DNA of 64,000 nucleotides from a virus. A program made the position numbers and the translations under genes. Within the stretch, counting starts at the first letter, position 1; each line of letters starts with the position of its first letter. The notes under the pieces are model-generated. The model was not told where the DNA came from and did not search any database. It worked only from the letters and a program-made list of their open reading frames with translations. The stretch lies in IMG/VR virus record IMGVR_UViG_3300027503_000009. One strand, 5' to 3'. Shown here in pieces: positions 27,162-38,483 of the stretch.

Positions 27162-29267
27162 ATGGGTAATATAGTTTTAAGAAAAAATAGAGTCACAGCG
27201 AACACTTTAATTGGTAAAGTTGGTGAACTAACAATTAACACAACTGATAAAACTCTCTATATTCATGATGGTTCAACTACTGGTGGATTTTGTTTATTTA
27301 GATACAACACATCTAGTGCAATAACATCAGGGGAGGTGCCGTTTTCAAACGGCACCCAAGGTGTTTTACAGACTAGTTCTAATTTAAAATGGACAAGTCC
27401 AAACTTATTAATTAACACCTATAAAGCATTTCATTCTGGTAATTTAGTTGCTGGAACTGCAATTTCAATTACAGAATCACCAACAAATACATTTACTGTA
27501 GCAAATACTGGTGTAACAAGTATTACTGCTGGTACTGGTATTTCAATTACAGGGTCTACTGGTTCAATAACTATTAGTGCTACTGGGGGTGGTGCAACTG
27601 GAATTTCCGGTGTAACATCATTAGAAGGTTTAACTGGAGCATTAACATTCGTTGATGGAAATATTACTTTTGGAACTAGTGGTTCAACACAAATTACTGC
27701 TACAATTTCTTCCACACCAGCAAGCACATTAACTGGAACAATTCCATCTGGTGTTTTGGGTAATTCTACAGTTAATATTGGATCTACTGCTGTTGCATTA
27801 AATCGAGCATCTGCTAATTTGGCATTAACTGGTATTTCTAGTGTACAATTTCCAGGTTCAACATCAGGCACAATAACATTACAAGCAACAGCAATTGCTG
27901 GAACTACAACAATTACATTACCAGCTACATCTGGAACATTAGTATTATCTGGTTCAATTGTTAATGCTGATATAGCAACTGGTGCCGCAATTGCTTATTC
28001 TAAATTATCACTTTCAGGAACAATTGTAAATAATGATATAGCAACTGGTGCCGCAATTGCTTATTCTAAATTATCATTATCAAATTCAATTGTAAATAAT
28101 GATATAGCAACTGGTGCCGCAATTGCTTATTCTAAATTATCATTATCAAATTCAATTGTAAATGCAGACATCGCAACTACTGCCGCAATTGCTTATTCTA
28201 AATTATCATTATCAAATTCAATTGTAAATGCTGATATTAGTACAACAGCAGCAATTGCAATTACTAAATTAGCAGCATCTACAATTTCTGGTGTTTCTCT
28301 TGGAAATAATTTAAATACATTAACATTTGGCTCATACTTAACAGGAACTTCTTATAATGGATCTGCTGCAAGAACAATTGCTGTTGATGCAACAACAGCA
28401 GCTACAGCAAGCAAAGTTGTAGCAAGAGATGCAAGTGGAACAGTTTTTGCTACAACATTTTCAGGTTCAGGTGCTTCACTAACAAATATTCCAAATGGCG
28501 CATTAACTAATTCATCAATTACGGTAAATGGAACTGTAATTTCATTAGGTGGTTCTGGAACAGTTACCGCAAATACAACAAATTCAATAACATTTGATAA
28601 TTTAGGAACTGGTGCTGTTTCTGGTTCAACTTTTAATGGATCTGCTGCACAAACAATTAGTTATAATACAATTGGCGCACCATCAACAACAGGTACAAAT
28701 GCTTCAGGTTCATGGGGAATTTCTGTAACTGGTTCATCTGCATCATGCACAGGAAATGCAGCAACAGCAACTGTCTTACAAACAAGTAGAACATTTTCAT
28801 TAACTGGTGATGTTACTGCATCTGCTGTTTCATTTAACGGATCAGGTGACGTTCAATTATCAACAACAATTGGAAACGGTACAGTTACTTCAGCTAAATT
28901 AGCATCATCTTTATCATTAACTACACCGACATTAAGTTCACCAACTATTTCTGGAGTTATTTCTTCTGGTCCACAAGGAAATAAAACAATAATTGTAGAT
29001 TATGTTCCTACAAGTGTTAGTGCTTCAGTTTCAGTTGGATATGGTTATACAGTTAATGCAAATTCAATAACATTAACTTTACCAAATACCAGTTTATCTG
29101 ATGGTGATAGAATTTCGTTTATTCCAGGAAGCAATTTAATTAACAGTTATACAATTTCCGGAAACGGAAATGCTATTATGAATACAGATACATCACTGAC
29201 AATAGATTTAGCTGTTCCTTTTGATTTAATTTGGAATGGAACAAATACAAGATGGGTCTTAGGATAA
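27162..29267 (+). CDS. tail fibre protein
   Basis: G/S/T-rich; Mtd-like N terminus; 20-aa tandem repeats. Confidence 0.8.
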   Translation: MGNIVLRKNRVTANTLIGKVGELTINTTDKTLYIHDGSTTGGFCLFRYNTSSAITSGEVPFSNGTQGVLQTSSNLKWTSPNLLINTYKAFHSGNLVAGTAISITESPTNTFTVANTGVTSITAGTGISITGSTGSITISATGGGATGISGVTSLEGLTGALTFVDGNITFGTSGSTQITATISSTPASTLTGTIPSGVLGNSTVNIGSTAVALNRASANLALTGISSVQFPGSTSGTITLQATAIAGTTTITLPATSGTLVLSGSIVNADIATGAAIAYSKLSLSGTIVNNDIATGAAIAYSKLSLSNSIVNNDIATGAAIAYSKLSLSNSIVNADIATTAAIAYSKLSLSNSIVNADISTTAAIAITKLAASTISGVSLGNNLNTLTFGSYLTGTSYNGSAARTIAVDATTAATASKVVARDASGTVFATTFSGSGASLTNIPNGALTNSSITVNGTVISLGGSGTVTANTTNSITFDNLGTGAVSGSTFNGSAAQTISYNTIGAPSTTGTNASGSWGISVTGSSASCTGNAATATVLQTSRTFSLTGDVTASAVSFNGSGDVQLSTTIGNGTVTSAKLASSLSLTTPTLSSPTISGVISSGPQGNKTIIVDYVPTSVSASVSVGYGYTVNANSITLTLPNTSLSDGDRISFIPGSNLINSYTISGNGNAIMNTDTSLTIDLAVPFDLIWNGTNTRWVLG
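27953..28270 (+). repeat. 60-nt coding tandem repeat, about 5 units
   Basis: Units of SIVN(A/N)DIATGAAIAYSKLSLS. Confidence 0.85.
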
Positions 29268-29283
29268 AAAATAGGATAAATAT

Positions 29284-29652
29284 ATGGCAAATTTAAGTTC
29301 ATTTACAAGCGGTGGCGGAATTAAATCTATTCAACGTGGCACTGTTGACACAACAAATACATCAGCAGCAGGACCACATACAGGAACTATAACTGTTACT
29401 TCTGTAACCACTTCAAAAGCTTTTTTAATAATAGAAAATGCTAGTCATTATAAAGTCGGTCCAGCTTTAGGGGGAAGTTATGGTGGTTCAACATATCCAC
29501 TACCATATCTTGGTGTTCAAGCTGTGCTAACAAATGGCACAACTATCACTTGGACTAGTGGATCAACAGTAGCATATACTTATGATGGTATTGGAACCCC
29601 TTCATATGAAGCTAGAGTTAAATTTGCATGGACTCTTATTGAATATAATTAG
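29284..29652 (+). CDS. tail-fibre-associated protein
   Basis: IKSIQRG start, W-x-x-IEY end, follows the fibre gene. Confidence 0.6.
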   Translation: MANLSSFTSGGGIKSIQRGTVDTTNTSAAGPHTGTITVTSVTTSKAFLIIENASHYKVGPALGGSYGGSTYPLPYLGVQAVLTNGTTITWTSGSTVAYTYDGIGTPSYEARVKFAWTLIEYN

Positions 29653-29686
29653 AATTGTGTAATCATATTTACAATAAATACTTTAC

Positions 29687-30118
29687 ATGAACTCAGATAA
29701 AAAACTAACTGAGCTATTTGAAATAGCTGAAGAAATTGAGAATACTCAAGTTATGAAACCAAAACAAGTAGAAGTTATTCTCTCGGGAGAAGAAACTTCA
29801 CATGAAAAATTAGACACAGATTTTGAAATTGTTCGTAAAAATTATATGAATCTAATCTTAAAAGGATCAGAAACATTGAATGATCTTTTAGAATTAGCTA
29901 AAGAAACTGAACACCCAAGAACATATGAAGTTTTATCTGGACTAATATCAACATTATCTACACTTAATAAAGATTTAATTGAAATACATACAGCTAAATC
30001 AAAAATAGAAAATGTTCAACATGTGAACAAAACTCAGATTACACAACAAAACGTTTTCGTTGGTTCCACTAGTGACTTACAAAAGATGTTAAAGAAAGCA
30101 ACAGAAGAACCAGAATAG
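29687..30118 (+). CDS. 16: terminase small subunit (gp16)
   Basis: AKETEHPRTYEV, NVFVGSTSDLQKML. Confidence 0.9.
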   Translation: MNSDKKLTELFEIAEEIENTQVMKPKQVEVILSGEETSHEKLDTDFEIVRKNYMNLILKGSETLNDLLELAKETEHPRTYEVLSGLISTLSTLNKDLIEIHTAKSKIENVQHVNKTQITQQNVFVGSTSDLQKMLKKATEEPE

Positions 30119-30130
30119 ATAAATAGTTAT

Positions 30131-30358
30131 ATGAAATCATTTAAAGAAATTCGTCAAAATTTATCAGAAGGTGTACAAGGAATTGATGCTATTATGATTT
30201 CAGTTCCTTTGATGATTCGCTGTATGGAATATGCAAGAGAAGATGCAAAATCTGATCTTGACTTACATTTAGCTATGGAAAGAATGCTTCAGGTAGCTAA
30301 AACAAAAGGTTCTAGACCACTAGACTCAAACGATTACAGAAGAATTTTCAAAAAGTAA
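30131..30358 (+). CDS. hypothetical late protein
   Basis: MKSFKE start, VPLMIRCMEYAREDAK. Confidence 0.7.
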   Translation: MKSFKEIRQNLSEGVQGIDAIMISVPLMIRCMEYAREDAKSDLDLHLAMERMLQVAKTKGSRPLDSNDYRRIFKK

Positions 30359-30536
30359 TATGATAAAAGATTTACCACAAACACTAATCGACGCCGTAAA
30401 AGAAGTTATCAATAAAAAACAAAAAAAAGATGATAACAAACTAAGTGGTGAAAAAGAAGAAATTATCATAAATCCACAACCAAATTTATCAGCAAATAAA
30501 TATCATACAGATAGAATTTTACAGTAGGATAAAGAA

Positions 30537-30797
30537 ATGAGTCTTCTAAGTTACATTTTAGAACGTAAATATCTTAAAGAAGCTGGTTCACAAATTACAA
30601 AGAAATCCTTAAAGGGTGGAGAATTAGTTGTATTCAGAAGCCAAAAGGGTTATCACGTTCAAGCAAACAATAAGAAATCTAACACATCAAAAACTATCGC
30701 CAATTACCCTTTCTTAAAATATAAAGAAGCAGAAGCAAAGAAATTAGCTATGGACTTTGTTAATGCTTATAAAACAAAGGGTGTAGAAATACAGTAA
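30537..30797 (+). CDS. hypothetical protein
   Basis: ORF with RBS. Confidence 0.65.
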   Translation: MSLLSYILERKYLKEAGSQITKKSLKGGELVVFRSQKGYHVQANNKKSNTSKTIANYPFLKYKEAEAKKLAMDFVNAYKTKGVEIQ

Positions 30798-30798
30798 C

Positions 30799-31179
30799 GT
30801 GGTTCTGAATAAGAATAATTTCTTGATGTACTGCATCAAGAATTATGAAAATGTAGCATTAGATGAAAAAGAGTTTCGAGAAGATTTAGAACGAATTAAA
30901 TATCTTAGAAAGTTATTTAAAAGATATAAAGCAAAAAAAATATTAAAAGAACGATTAATATTAAATCATTTGGTAATTTTATTTAATGTTTTTAATCATG
31001 ACGCAGCAGTAAAAATATTATTTTTCGGTGTTGAAAAAGAATATTGGTCATCATTAAAAACATTTTTATTATTTTTAAATTATATGCCAGATAAAATTGA
31101 TGGGATTTCTGACTTGCCTCTGTTGTCATCAGAAATCCCAATTGATTTATATATAGTTAATAGGTTAAAAAATATATGA
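30799..31179 (+). CDS. conserved T4-like hypothetical protein
   Basis: EFREDLERIKY...LKERLILNH. Confidence 0.8.
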   Translation: MVLNKNNFLMYCIKNYENVALDEKEFREDLERIKYLRKLFKRYKAKKILKERLILNHLVILFNVFNHDAAVKILFFGVEKEYWSSLKTFLLFLNYMPDKIDGISDLPLLSSEIPIDLYIVNRLKNI

Positions 31180-31550
31180 AAAGCTATAAAACATTCCTAG
31201 AAGATGCACCAGCAAATAATGTTGGTGATGGAAAAATTGCAGGAACAGGTGGTGCTGCTGGCGAACCTGGAGTTTCTGTATCAGCACAAAAACGTCACCA
31301 AAAAAGAAATAAAAAAGCAGCCCCAAAACCGTTCGCTGGACATAAAGTTTTTCAAGTTAATTCCACAGTTTATAATCGTTCTCTTCTAGGAAAAGTTGCT
31401 AGAAGATGGTGGACAACATTTGTAGGTAATGATGAAGTTGGTCAACAAATAAAAGAATATGCAAATGAAAATCCAAATAAAGCTATAATTATTCAAGATG
31501 AATTAACTGGTGCTATGGTCTATTTAAGACATCCAAAGAAAGGCAAATAA
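31176..31550 (+). CDS. conserved T4-like hypothetical protein
   Basis: EDAPANNVG...IIQDELTGAMVYLR. Confidence 0.75.
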   Translation: MKSYKTFLEDAPANNVGDGKIAGTGGAAGEPGVSVSAQKRHQKRNKKAAPKPFAGHKVFQVNSTVYNRSLLGKVARRWWTTFVGNDEVGQQIKEYANENPNKAIIIQDELTGAMVYLRHPKKGK

Positions 31551-32000
31551 ATGGATTCAGCAGCAGAACTTCAAGTCAAAGTCGGAATTTTGGAAAAAGA
31601 GCAGGAACATCAACAAAAATATCTAGATAGAATTGATATTGCTATTGAAAAGTTAGAAGAAATTTCAGCAAACACTGTTAAAATTATTGCTCTACATGAA
31701 CAAAAATTAGATTTACACACAACTACCGATAATCAAATTCAAACTCAAATTGATGATTTAGATGCAAAAATTATAAAAAATGAATTGACCACATCAAATA
31801 CATTTACTACCATAGATATTAAATTAGATAATTTTGAGAAAAAAATTGATTGTATATCCACCGATGTAAATTCTCTAAAAACAGATTTAGAAAAAAGAAT
31901 TTCAAATTTGGAAAAATATTTGTGGTTAATTTCTAGCATATGTGGCGGTCTTTATTTAATTTTATACAACATAGACAAAATTAAATTGTTTTTTCAATAA
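31551..32000 (+). CDS. coiled-coil protein with a C-terminal TM helix
   Basis: RISNLEKYLW followed by a hydrophobic tail; lies upstream of the primase. Confidence 0.7.
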   Translation: MDSAAELQVKVGILEKEQEHQQKYLDRIDIAIEKLEEISANTVKIIALHEQKLDLHTTTDNQIQTQIDDLDAKIIKNELTTSNTFTTIDIKLDNFEKKIDCISTDVNSLKTDLEKRISNLEKYLWLISSICGGLYLILYNIDKIKLFFQ

Positions 32001-32055
32001 AAGTTTGTCTCCCACTTGACAAACCTTTTTTGTCATGCTATACTAGTGATAGATT

Positions 32056-33087
32056 ATGTTTCTTATTGATAAAAAGTATATTGATATGATGAGCGGCAAT
32101 CTGCCGAAATTCTCGTGGACTAGCTCAAATACAGCAACATGCAGATGCCCAATCTGCGGTGATTCCAAAAAAAATCCGAATAAAAAGCGTGGTTATCTTT
32201 ACGAACGTGAAGGATACTTTTACTATAAGTGTCATAATTGTGGTGTATCTCATTCATTAAAACGTTTTATTGAATTAATTGATCCATATCTATATAACGA
32301 ATATGTAATGGAGCGATATAAAACTAATGTTGTGTCTTCTATTGTAATTGCTAAAACTAAACCTGAATTTGATTACAATCAGATTTATCGTGAGAATAAA
32401 GTTGACACAATTAAACAAGAATTTTTAAAATTTTCTACACCATGCTCAGAATTATCTGATAATCATTTTTGTAAAACTTATTTACAAGATAGGAAAATTT
32501 CATCTGATAAATTTTCTGAATTATATTTCACTGATGATTTCAAGAAATTTGCAAATCATTTTGGAAACACTGAAACAAAACTACAAGAAAAAGAACAAAG
32601 ACTTATTATTCCATTTTTCAATGCTGATAATGATTTAATTTGTTTTCAAGGTAGAAGTTTCTCGAATGTTGGTAATCGTTATATTACAATTAAAGTAAAA
32701 GATGAACATAAAATTTATGGCATGAATAAAGTAGATATTCTAAAGACTGTCTACATATTAGAAGGACCAATTGATTCAATGTTTATTGATAATGCAATTG
32801 CTGTAGCTGGTTCCGAATTCCAAAGTGCTATCAAAAATTTCACATTTGATTATGTTTGTGTTCTTGATAACCAACCTAGAAATAAAGAAGTAGTCGATAA
32901 TTATTTTAAACTAATTGGTAACAATCATAAAATTGTTATTTGGAATGAATCTTTTTCTGACAAAAAAGACATTAATGCAATGATTTTAGATGGTAAGTCG
33001 AAAGAAGAAGTGTTTAATTTTATTAAACAAAATACATTTTCTGGACTTCGTGCTAGAGTTGAATTTAATAAGTGGAGAAAAATATGA
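32056..33087 (+). CDS. 61: DNA primase (gp61)
   Basis: RCPICGDS, CHNC, EGPIDS, DNQPRN, KDIN. Confidence 0.96.
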   Translation: MFLIDKKYIDMMSGNLPKFSWTSSNTATCRCPICGDSKKNPNKKRGYLYEREGYFYYKCHNCGVSHSLKRFIELIDPYLYNEYVMERYKTNVVSSIVIAKTKPEFDYNQIYRENKVDTIKQEFLKFSTPCSELSDNHFCKTYLQDRKISSDKFSELYFTDDFKKFANHFGNTETKLQEKEQRLIIPFFNADNDLICFQGRSFSNVGNRYITIKVKDEHKIYGMNKVDILKTVYILEGPIDSMFIDNAIAVAGSEFQSAIKNFTFDYVCVLDNQPRNKEVVDNYFKLIGNNHKIVIWNESFSDKKDINAMILDGKSKEEVFNFIKQNTFSGLRARVEFNKWRKI

Positions 33088-33315
33088 AATATTGGCAATA
33101 TGTTTATCCTTCTGATGGTCATTATAATTATGGTGTTGAAACATATTCTGATGATGACATTATTAATGAATATTGGGATTATTGGAAAGATAAAATGATT
33201 TGTCAGGAACTTGAAGAAGAAATTAGTAGAGAAAATTGTATTGATGATTGGGTAGTAATTAATTGGGCATTTGAAATTACAGAAGAAGAATATAAAAAAA
33301 CAAAAGGGATTTAAT

Positions 33316-33684
33316 ATGTATACATATAACGCAAAAGTTGTAAGAGTGGTTGATGGTGATACCATTCTTTGTGATATTGATTTGGGATTTCATGTTAATA
33401 TCAGAAAGTCTGTTAGATTGGATGGAATTGATACACCAGAAAAAAATTCAAGAGTTGTTTCCGAAAGGGAAAAAGCAGCTAAAGCAACAGCAAGAACAAA
33501 ATATACTTTAGAAAACAAAATTGTGTTTATCAAAACAAGACTAGATGATAATGATAAGTATGGACGTGTTTTAGGTTATATTTTCGAAACAAAAAATGAT
33601 TTGGATAATAATCAATCATTTAATGATAAGTTAATTAATGAAGGATTAGCTTACATTTATGATGGAGGAAAAAAGAATGTATAA
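33316..33684 (+). CDS. thermonuclease (SNase-like)
   Basis: VVDGDT, VRLDGIDTPE, DKYGRVL. Confidence 0.9.
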   Translation: MYTYNAKVVRVVDGDTILCDIDLGFHVNIRKSVRLDGIDTPEKNSRVVSEREKAAKATARTKYTLENKIVFIKTRLDDNDKYGRVLGYIFETKNDLDNNQSFNDKLINEGLAYIYDGGKKNV

Positions 33685-34372
33685 GAATTATGAAGATATT
33701 CTTTCCGTTAACTTAATTTCCTACACACAACCAGACGATCAATTTTTTAACAACAAATTTCTTCAAGATGGAATCACAAACTTAATTACATATTGTGCAA
33801 GAGTTTCTAATCCATCCAATCAAAATAATATTGAAACATCTGACAAGTTAATCAATTATCTAATCAAAAATAAACACTGGTCGCCATTTGAAATGACCAA
33901 TGTTTGTCTTGAAGTTACATCAACAAGAGATATTGTTAGACAGATTCTAAGACATAGATCTTTTTCTTTCCAAGAATTTTCACAAAGATATGCAGATCCA
34001 ACAAAAGAATTAGAATTTTGTTTAAGAGAATGTAGACTTCAAGATACAAAGAATAGACAAAATTCAATTTCACTTGATGATGAATTTACAAATTATCAAT
34101 TGGCTAACACTTGGGAACAATTACAGACAGAAGTAATTAGTATTGCAAAATTAAACTATGAATATGCAATTTCTCAGGGTGTTGCTAAAGAAGTAGCAAG
34201 AGTTCTTTTACCAGAAGGTAATACAGTTTCAAGAGTTTATATTAACGGCACAATTCGTTCTTGGATTCATTACATTGAAGTTCGTGATGGTAATGGTACA
34301 CAGAAAGAACATATGTTGGTTGCTCATGCTTGTGCTGAAGCAATAAATAAAATTTTCCCTTATATTAAGTAG
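33677..34372 (+). CDS. thyX: FAD-dependent thymidylate synthase
   Basis: HWSPFE, RHRSFSFQEFSQRY. Confidence 0.95.
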   Translation: MYKNYEDILSVNLISYTQPDDQFFNNKFLQDGITNLITYCARVSNPSNQNNIETSDKLINYLIKNKHWSPFEMTNVCLEVTSTRDIVRQILRHRSFSFQEFSQRYADPTKELEFCLRECRLQDTKNRQNSISLDDEFTNYQLANTWEQLQTEVISIAKLNYEYAISQGVAKEVARVLLPEGNTVSRVYINGTIRSWIHYIEVRDGNGTQKEHMLVAHACAEAINKIFPYIK

Positions 34373-34584
34373 ATAATATGAAGTTCATAAATTCAAAAGA
34401 ATGGTTTCCTGAACACGGAGCATTCCAAACAATTAGAGAAAATAATAGACCTGTCGCTAGACATATGATTTGTGATGAACTTAGAAACGATTTTAAAAAT
34501 ATTTCAAAAAGAATATATGAATCATATGGTTTGCTGCAAGCAGAAACAGATGGTTATTGGGTTTATTTTAGATAGGAGTTTTAG

Positions 34585-36366
34585 ATGCCAGAATATCTAG
34601 GTATTAATATTGATTATTCAAGAGATTCTCTCTTTGATGAATTAGGTCTAAAGAGATTAAAAGAATCCTATATGAGAGAAGATGAAACTTCTCCACAAGA
34701 AAGATTTGCATTTGTTGCTAATAAATTTGGTTCTAATCCAGAACATGCACAAAGACTATATGATTATGCATCTAAACATTGGTTAAGTTTTTCTACACCA
34801 ATTCTTTCATTTGGTCGCACAAAGAAAGGCTTACCAATTTCTTGCTTTTTAAATTATATTAATGACACATCTGAAGGATTATCAGATACGTTAACTGAAA
34901 CAAATTGGTTATCCATGTTAGGAGGCGGCGTTGGAATTGGTTTTGGGATTCGTTCTGCTAGTGACAAGTCTACTGGGGTTATGCCTCATCTTAAAATTTA
35001 TGATGCGTCTTGTCTTGCATATCGTCAAGGGACTACTCGCAGGGGTAGTTATGCTGCTTATCTTGACATTTCTCATCCCGATATTATTAATTTTATTGAG
35101 ATGAGAAAGCCAACCGGAGATCCTAATCTCCGTTGTCTTAATATGCATCATGGTGTAAATATTCCAGATGCATTTATGGAAATTATTGAAAATTGTATGA
35201 AAGATCCAAATTTCGATGATACATGGGAATTAAAAGATCCAAATACAAATGAAGTGAAGGAAACAATTTCTGCAAGAGAACTTTGGCAGCGTTTACTTGA
35301 AATGCGTATGCAAACAGGCGAACCATATTTTCACTTTATTGATGAATCAAATAGAAAGTTACCAGAATTCTTAAAAGAAAAAGGTTTGAAAATTAATCAA
35401 TCAAATCTTTGTTCAGAAGTTATTCTTCCAACATCTTATAAAAGAACTGCTGTTTGTTGTTTATCATCTGTAAATGATGAATATTTTGATGAATGGAAAA
35501 ATGATAAATTATTTCTTGCAGATGTTGCGGAGATGCTTGATAATGTGCTACAATATTTTATAGATAATGCTCCAAAGACAATTTCCAGAGCAATCTATTC
35601 AGCAAAACAAGAACGTTCTATTGGTGTTGGTCAATTAGGTTTCCATGCATTTCTACAGTCGAAGATGATTCCTTTTGAATCAGTTGCTGCTAGAATTGCA
35701 AATAAAATGATTGCGAAGCATATTCATGACGAATTAGACAAAGCAAACTTTGCTCTTGGTACTATTCGTGGTGAAGCTCCTGATGCTGTTGGAACAGGAA
35801 AGAGATTTTCCCATACAATTGCAATTGCTCCAAATGCTTCTTCTTCAATTATCATGGGAAATACTTCACCTTCAGTTGAACCATACAAAGCAAATGCTTA
35901 TAGACAAGATACACTTTCTGGATCTTATTTAACTAAAAATAAGTTCTTGAATAAAATTATCAAAGAAAGAGTTAGTGAAGATTCACAAGAAATCTGGTCA
36001 TCTATTATTGCTAATGGTGGATCAGTTCAACATTTAGATATTCTTTCAGATGATGAAAAACTTGTATTTAAAACTGCTATTGAAATTGATCAGCGTTGGA
36101 TTATTGAACATGCATCAGTTAGACAAGAATATATTGATCAAGGACAATCTATTAATTTATTCTTTAAGCCTGACGTAAATGTTAAATATCTTCATGCTAT
36201 TCATTTCTTAGCATGGAAGCAAAAGTTAAAAACACTTTATTATTGCAGATCAGAAAAGATTGCAAAAGCAGATAAAGTATCAGAAAAAATTGAAAGAAAG
36301 AGAATTGAAGAAATTGACATGAAGCAACTAGCAGATGGTGAAAGTTGCATTATGTGTGAAGGTTAA
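34585..36366 (+). CDS. nrdA: class I ribonucleotide reductase alpha subunit
   Basis: LPISCF, QSNLCSE, APNASSS, DQGQS, KTLYY. Confidence 0.95.
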   Translation: MPEYLGINIDYSRDSLFDELGLKRLKESYMREDETSPQERFAFVANKFGSNPEHAQRLYDYASKHWLSFSTPILSFGRTKKGLPISCFLNYINDTSEGLSDTLTETNWLSMLGGGVGIGFGIRSASDKSTGVMPHLKIYDASCLAYRQGTTRRGSYAAYLDISHPDIINFIEMRKPTGDPNLRCLNMHHGVNIPDAFMEIIENCMKDPNFDDTWELKDPNTNEVKETISARELWQRLLEMRMQTGEPYFHFIDESNRKLPEFLKEKGLKINQSNLCSEVILPTSYKRTAVCCLSSVNDEYFDEWKNDKLFLADVAEMLDNVLQYFIDNAPKTISRAIYSAKQERSIGVGQLGFHAFLQSKMIPFESVAARIANKMIAKHIHDELDKANFALGTIRGEAPDAVGTGKRFSHTIAIAPNASSSIIMGNTSPSVEPYKANAYRQDTLSGSYLTKNKFLNKIIKERVSEDSQEIWSSIIANGGSVQHLDILSDDEKLVFKTAIEIDQRWIIEHASVRQEYIDQGQSINLFFKPDVNVKYLHAIHFLAWKQKLKTLYYCRSEKIAKADKVSEKIERKRIEEIDMKQLADGESCIMCEG

Positions 36367-36627
36367 ATATGGCATCATTTATTCAAGAATTAATTAGCGC
36401 AAAACTTTCTTATGAAACAAAACTGGCAACATTAGAGGAAATGGTATTTCATCTATTTCCAGACGAAGATATAGACGATATTGAATTTGATTGGTATGAT
36501 TCATCAATCTGTATTAATTTATCAAAATCTTATCCAAAAGAAAAATTTATTCAATTATTTGATATGGGTTTAGAAAAAATCCATATCAAGAAAACAGCAA
36601 TTTTCGAAACTATATCAAAGGACTAAT

Positions 36628-37608
36628 ATGACTAAGAAAAAGAATCAGTTAAAATTAACAGATGAAAGAAGTTATTTTAAACCTTTTACTTATCCTTGGG
36701 CATATGAAGCTTGGTTAAAACATGAGCAGTCTCATTGGTTACATACAGAAGTAGAAATGCTTCAGGATGTAAAGGATTGGAAACAAAAATTAACAGAAAA
36801 TGAAAAATACTTTCTTACACAAATTTTCCGCTTTTTCACGCAAGGTGATATCGACGTTGCATCTGCTTATGTCAACAACTACTTACCATTATTTCCGCAG
36901 CCTGAGATAAGAATGATGTTGCTTGGTTTTGGTGCAAGAGAAGCTTTACATGTTGCTGCATATTCGCATCTTGTAGAAACTCTTGGTTTACCAGAAACCA
37001 CTTATAATGAATTTCTTGAATATAAGGAAATGGCTGAAAAGCACGAATATATTCAAGAAATTTCTGATTTAGAACCAAATGAAATTGCAAAACAAATTGC
37101 ATGTTTCTCTGCATTTACTGAAGGAATGCAATTATTTTCTTCATTTATTATGTTACTAAATTTTCCAAGACATGGTAAGATGAAGGGCATGGGTCAGATT
37201 GTAACATGGTCTATCGTTGACGAAACAATGCACACAGAATCAATGATTAAGTTGTTCAGAACTTATATCTCAGAAAATCCAGATATTTGGACTGATGAAT
37301 TAAAATCATCAATTTATACCATCGCAACAAAAATGGTTGAATTAGAAGATAAATTTATTGATCTTTCTTTCCAAATGGGAGAAATGCAGAATTTAACAGC
37401 AGATGATGTAAAGAAGTATATTCGTTATATTGCTGACAGAAGATTAATTTCTCTTGGTATGAAAGGTATTTTCAAAGTTAAGAAAAATCCATTACCTTGG
37501 GTTGAAGAAATGATCAATGCGCCAATTCATGGTAATTTCTTTGAGCAAAGAGTTACAGATTATGCAAAGGGTGCGTTAACTGGATCTTGGGAAGATGTGT
37601 GGGGATAA
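36628..37608 (+). CDS. nrdB: ribonucleotide reductase beta subunit
   Basis: EALH, EGMQLFSSF, DETMH, NFFE. Confidence 0.95.
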   Translation: MTKKKNQLKLTDERSYFKPFTYPWAYEAWLKHEQSHWLHTEVEMLQDVKDWKQKLTENEKYFLTQIFRFFTQGDIDVASAYVNNYLPLFPQPEIRMMLLGFGAREALHVAAYSHLVETLGLPETTYNEFLEYKEMAEKHEYIQEISDLEPNEIAKQIACFSAFTEGMQLFSSFIMLLNFPRHGKMKGMGQIVTWSIVDETMHTESMIKLFRTYISENPDIWTDELKSSIYTIATKMVELEDKFIDLSFQMGEMQNLTADDVKKYIRYIADRRLISLGMKGIFKVKKNPLPWVEEMINAPIHGNFFEQRVTDYAKGALTGSWEDVWG

Positions 37609-37873
37609 TTCGTATGAATATTCAAAAGCCGCCTGTATTTGATGCGATTGAACATGTTTGGTATATTGAAGACGAGAATGGTAATATTATTAGAGTGACA
37701 GATGAATTTTATAGAAACGAGTTAATTAATTGGACTAGGATAATCAAATTATCAGGTAAAGAAATTGACGATGAGATATAAAGGATTTACAAGCATTATA
37801 ATATGTCACTAATACCAATTGGAACATATCCAGATAATTTTGATATTGAAACTAATTTTTAAAAAGGAATAAT

Positions 37874-38170
37874 ATGTATAATAAAAATGACATTGTATCA
37901 TTTAAATTAATTAATGGTGAAGAAATGATTTCACGATTTATATCGGAATTAGATAATTCTTATATTGTTGAAAAGCCACTTACACTTTTTCAAACACAAC
38001 AGGGATTATCTTTAATTCCATCTTTAGTCACTGTGAACTTAGATAATGAAATTAGAATCAATAAGTCTGCAATTGCAATTCACGCAAAATCTAGAGATGA
38101 AATGATGTCTGCATGGATGGAAGCAACAAGTGGTTTAGTTGCACCAAAAAATTCAAAATTAGTAATTTAA
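37874..38170 (+). CDS. conserved T4-like small beta-barrel protein
   Basis: KLINGEEMI...TSGLV. Confidence 0.7.
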   Translation: MYNKNDIVSFKLINGEEMISRFISELDNSYIVEKPLTLFQTQQGLSLIPSLVTVNLDNEIRINKSAIAIHAKSRDEMMSAWMEATSGLVAPKNSKLVI

Positions 38171-38299
38171 ATTTAAAGAGGTAAGAATGGAAAACGAAGA
38201 TAAAAAAGCAACAGAAACAAAAGAAAAAATTACAAAAATAGAAGAAAAAATTGCTAAATTAGAAAAATCTTTGGAAAAACTAAAGAAGACCTTAAATAA

Positions 38300-38452
38300 C
38301 TAAGGTCTTCCCTGTCCACGATATTTTTTAAAACTTCTTTTCTTACTTTTATTCATTGAAGACCGCTTAGGATCACGAATGTCCTGGGCGGTCTTTTTCC
38401 ATTTTGATCTGCTTTCTAATCTTGTACCTTCATCAAATTTCAATCTTGCCAT
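38300..38452 (-). CDS. small basic KKYRGQG-type protein (50 aa, not in the ORF track)
   Basis: AGGAG RBS; reads MARLKF...SSMNKSKKRSFKKYRGQGRP. Confidence 0.75.
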   Translation of the reverse strand: MARLKFDEGTRLESRSKWKKTAQDIRDPKRSSMNKSKKRSFKKYRGQGRP

Positions 38453-38483
38453 TAATTTTCTCCTGAAACTATATATAAGAGAT

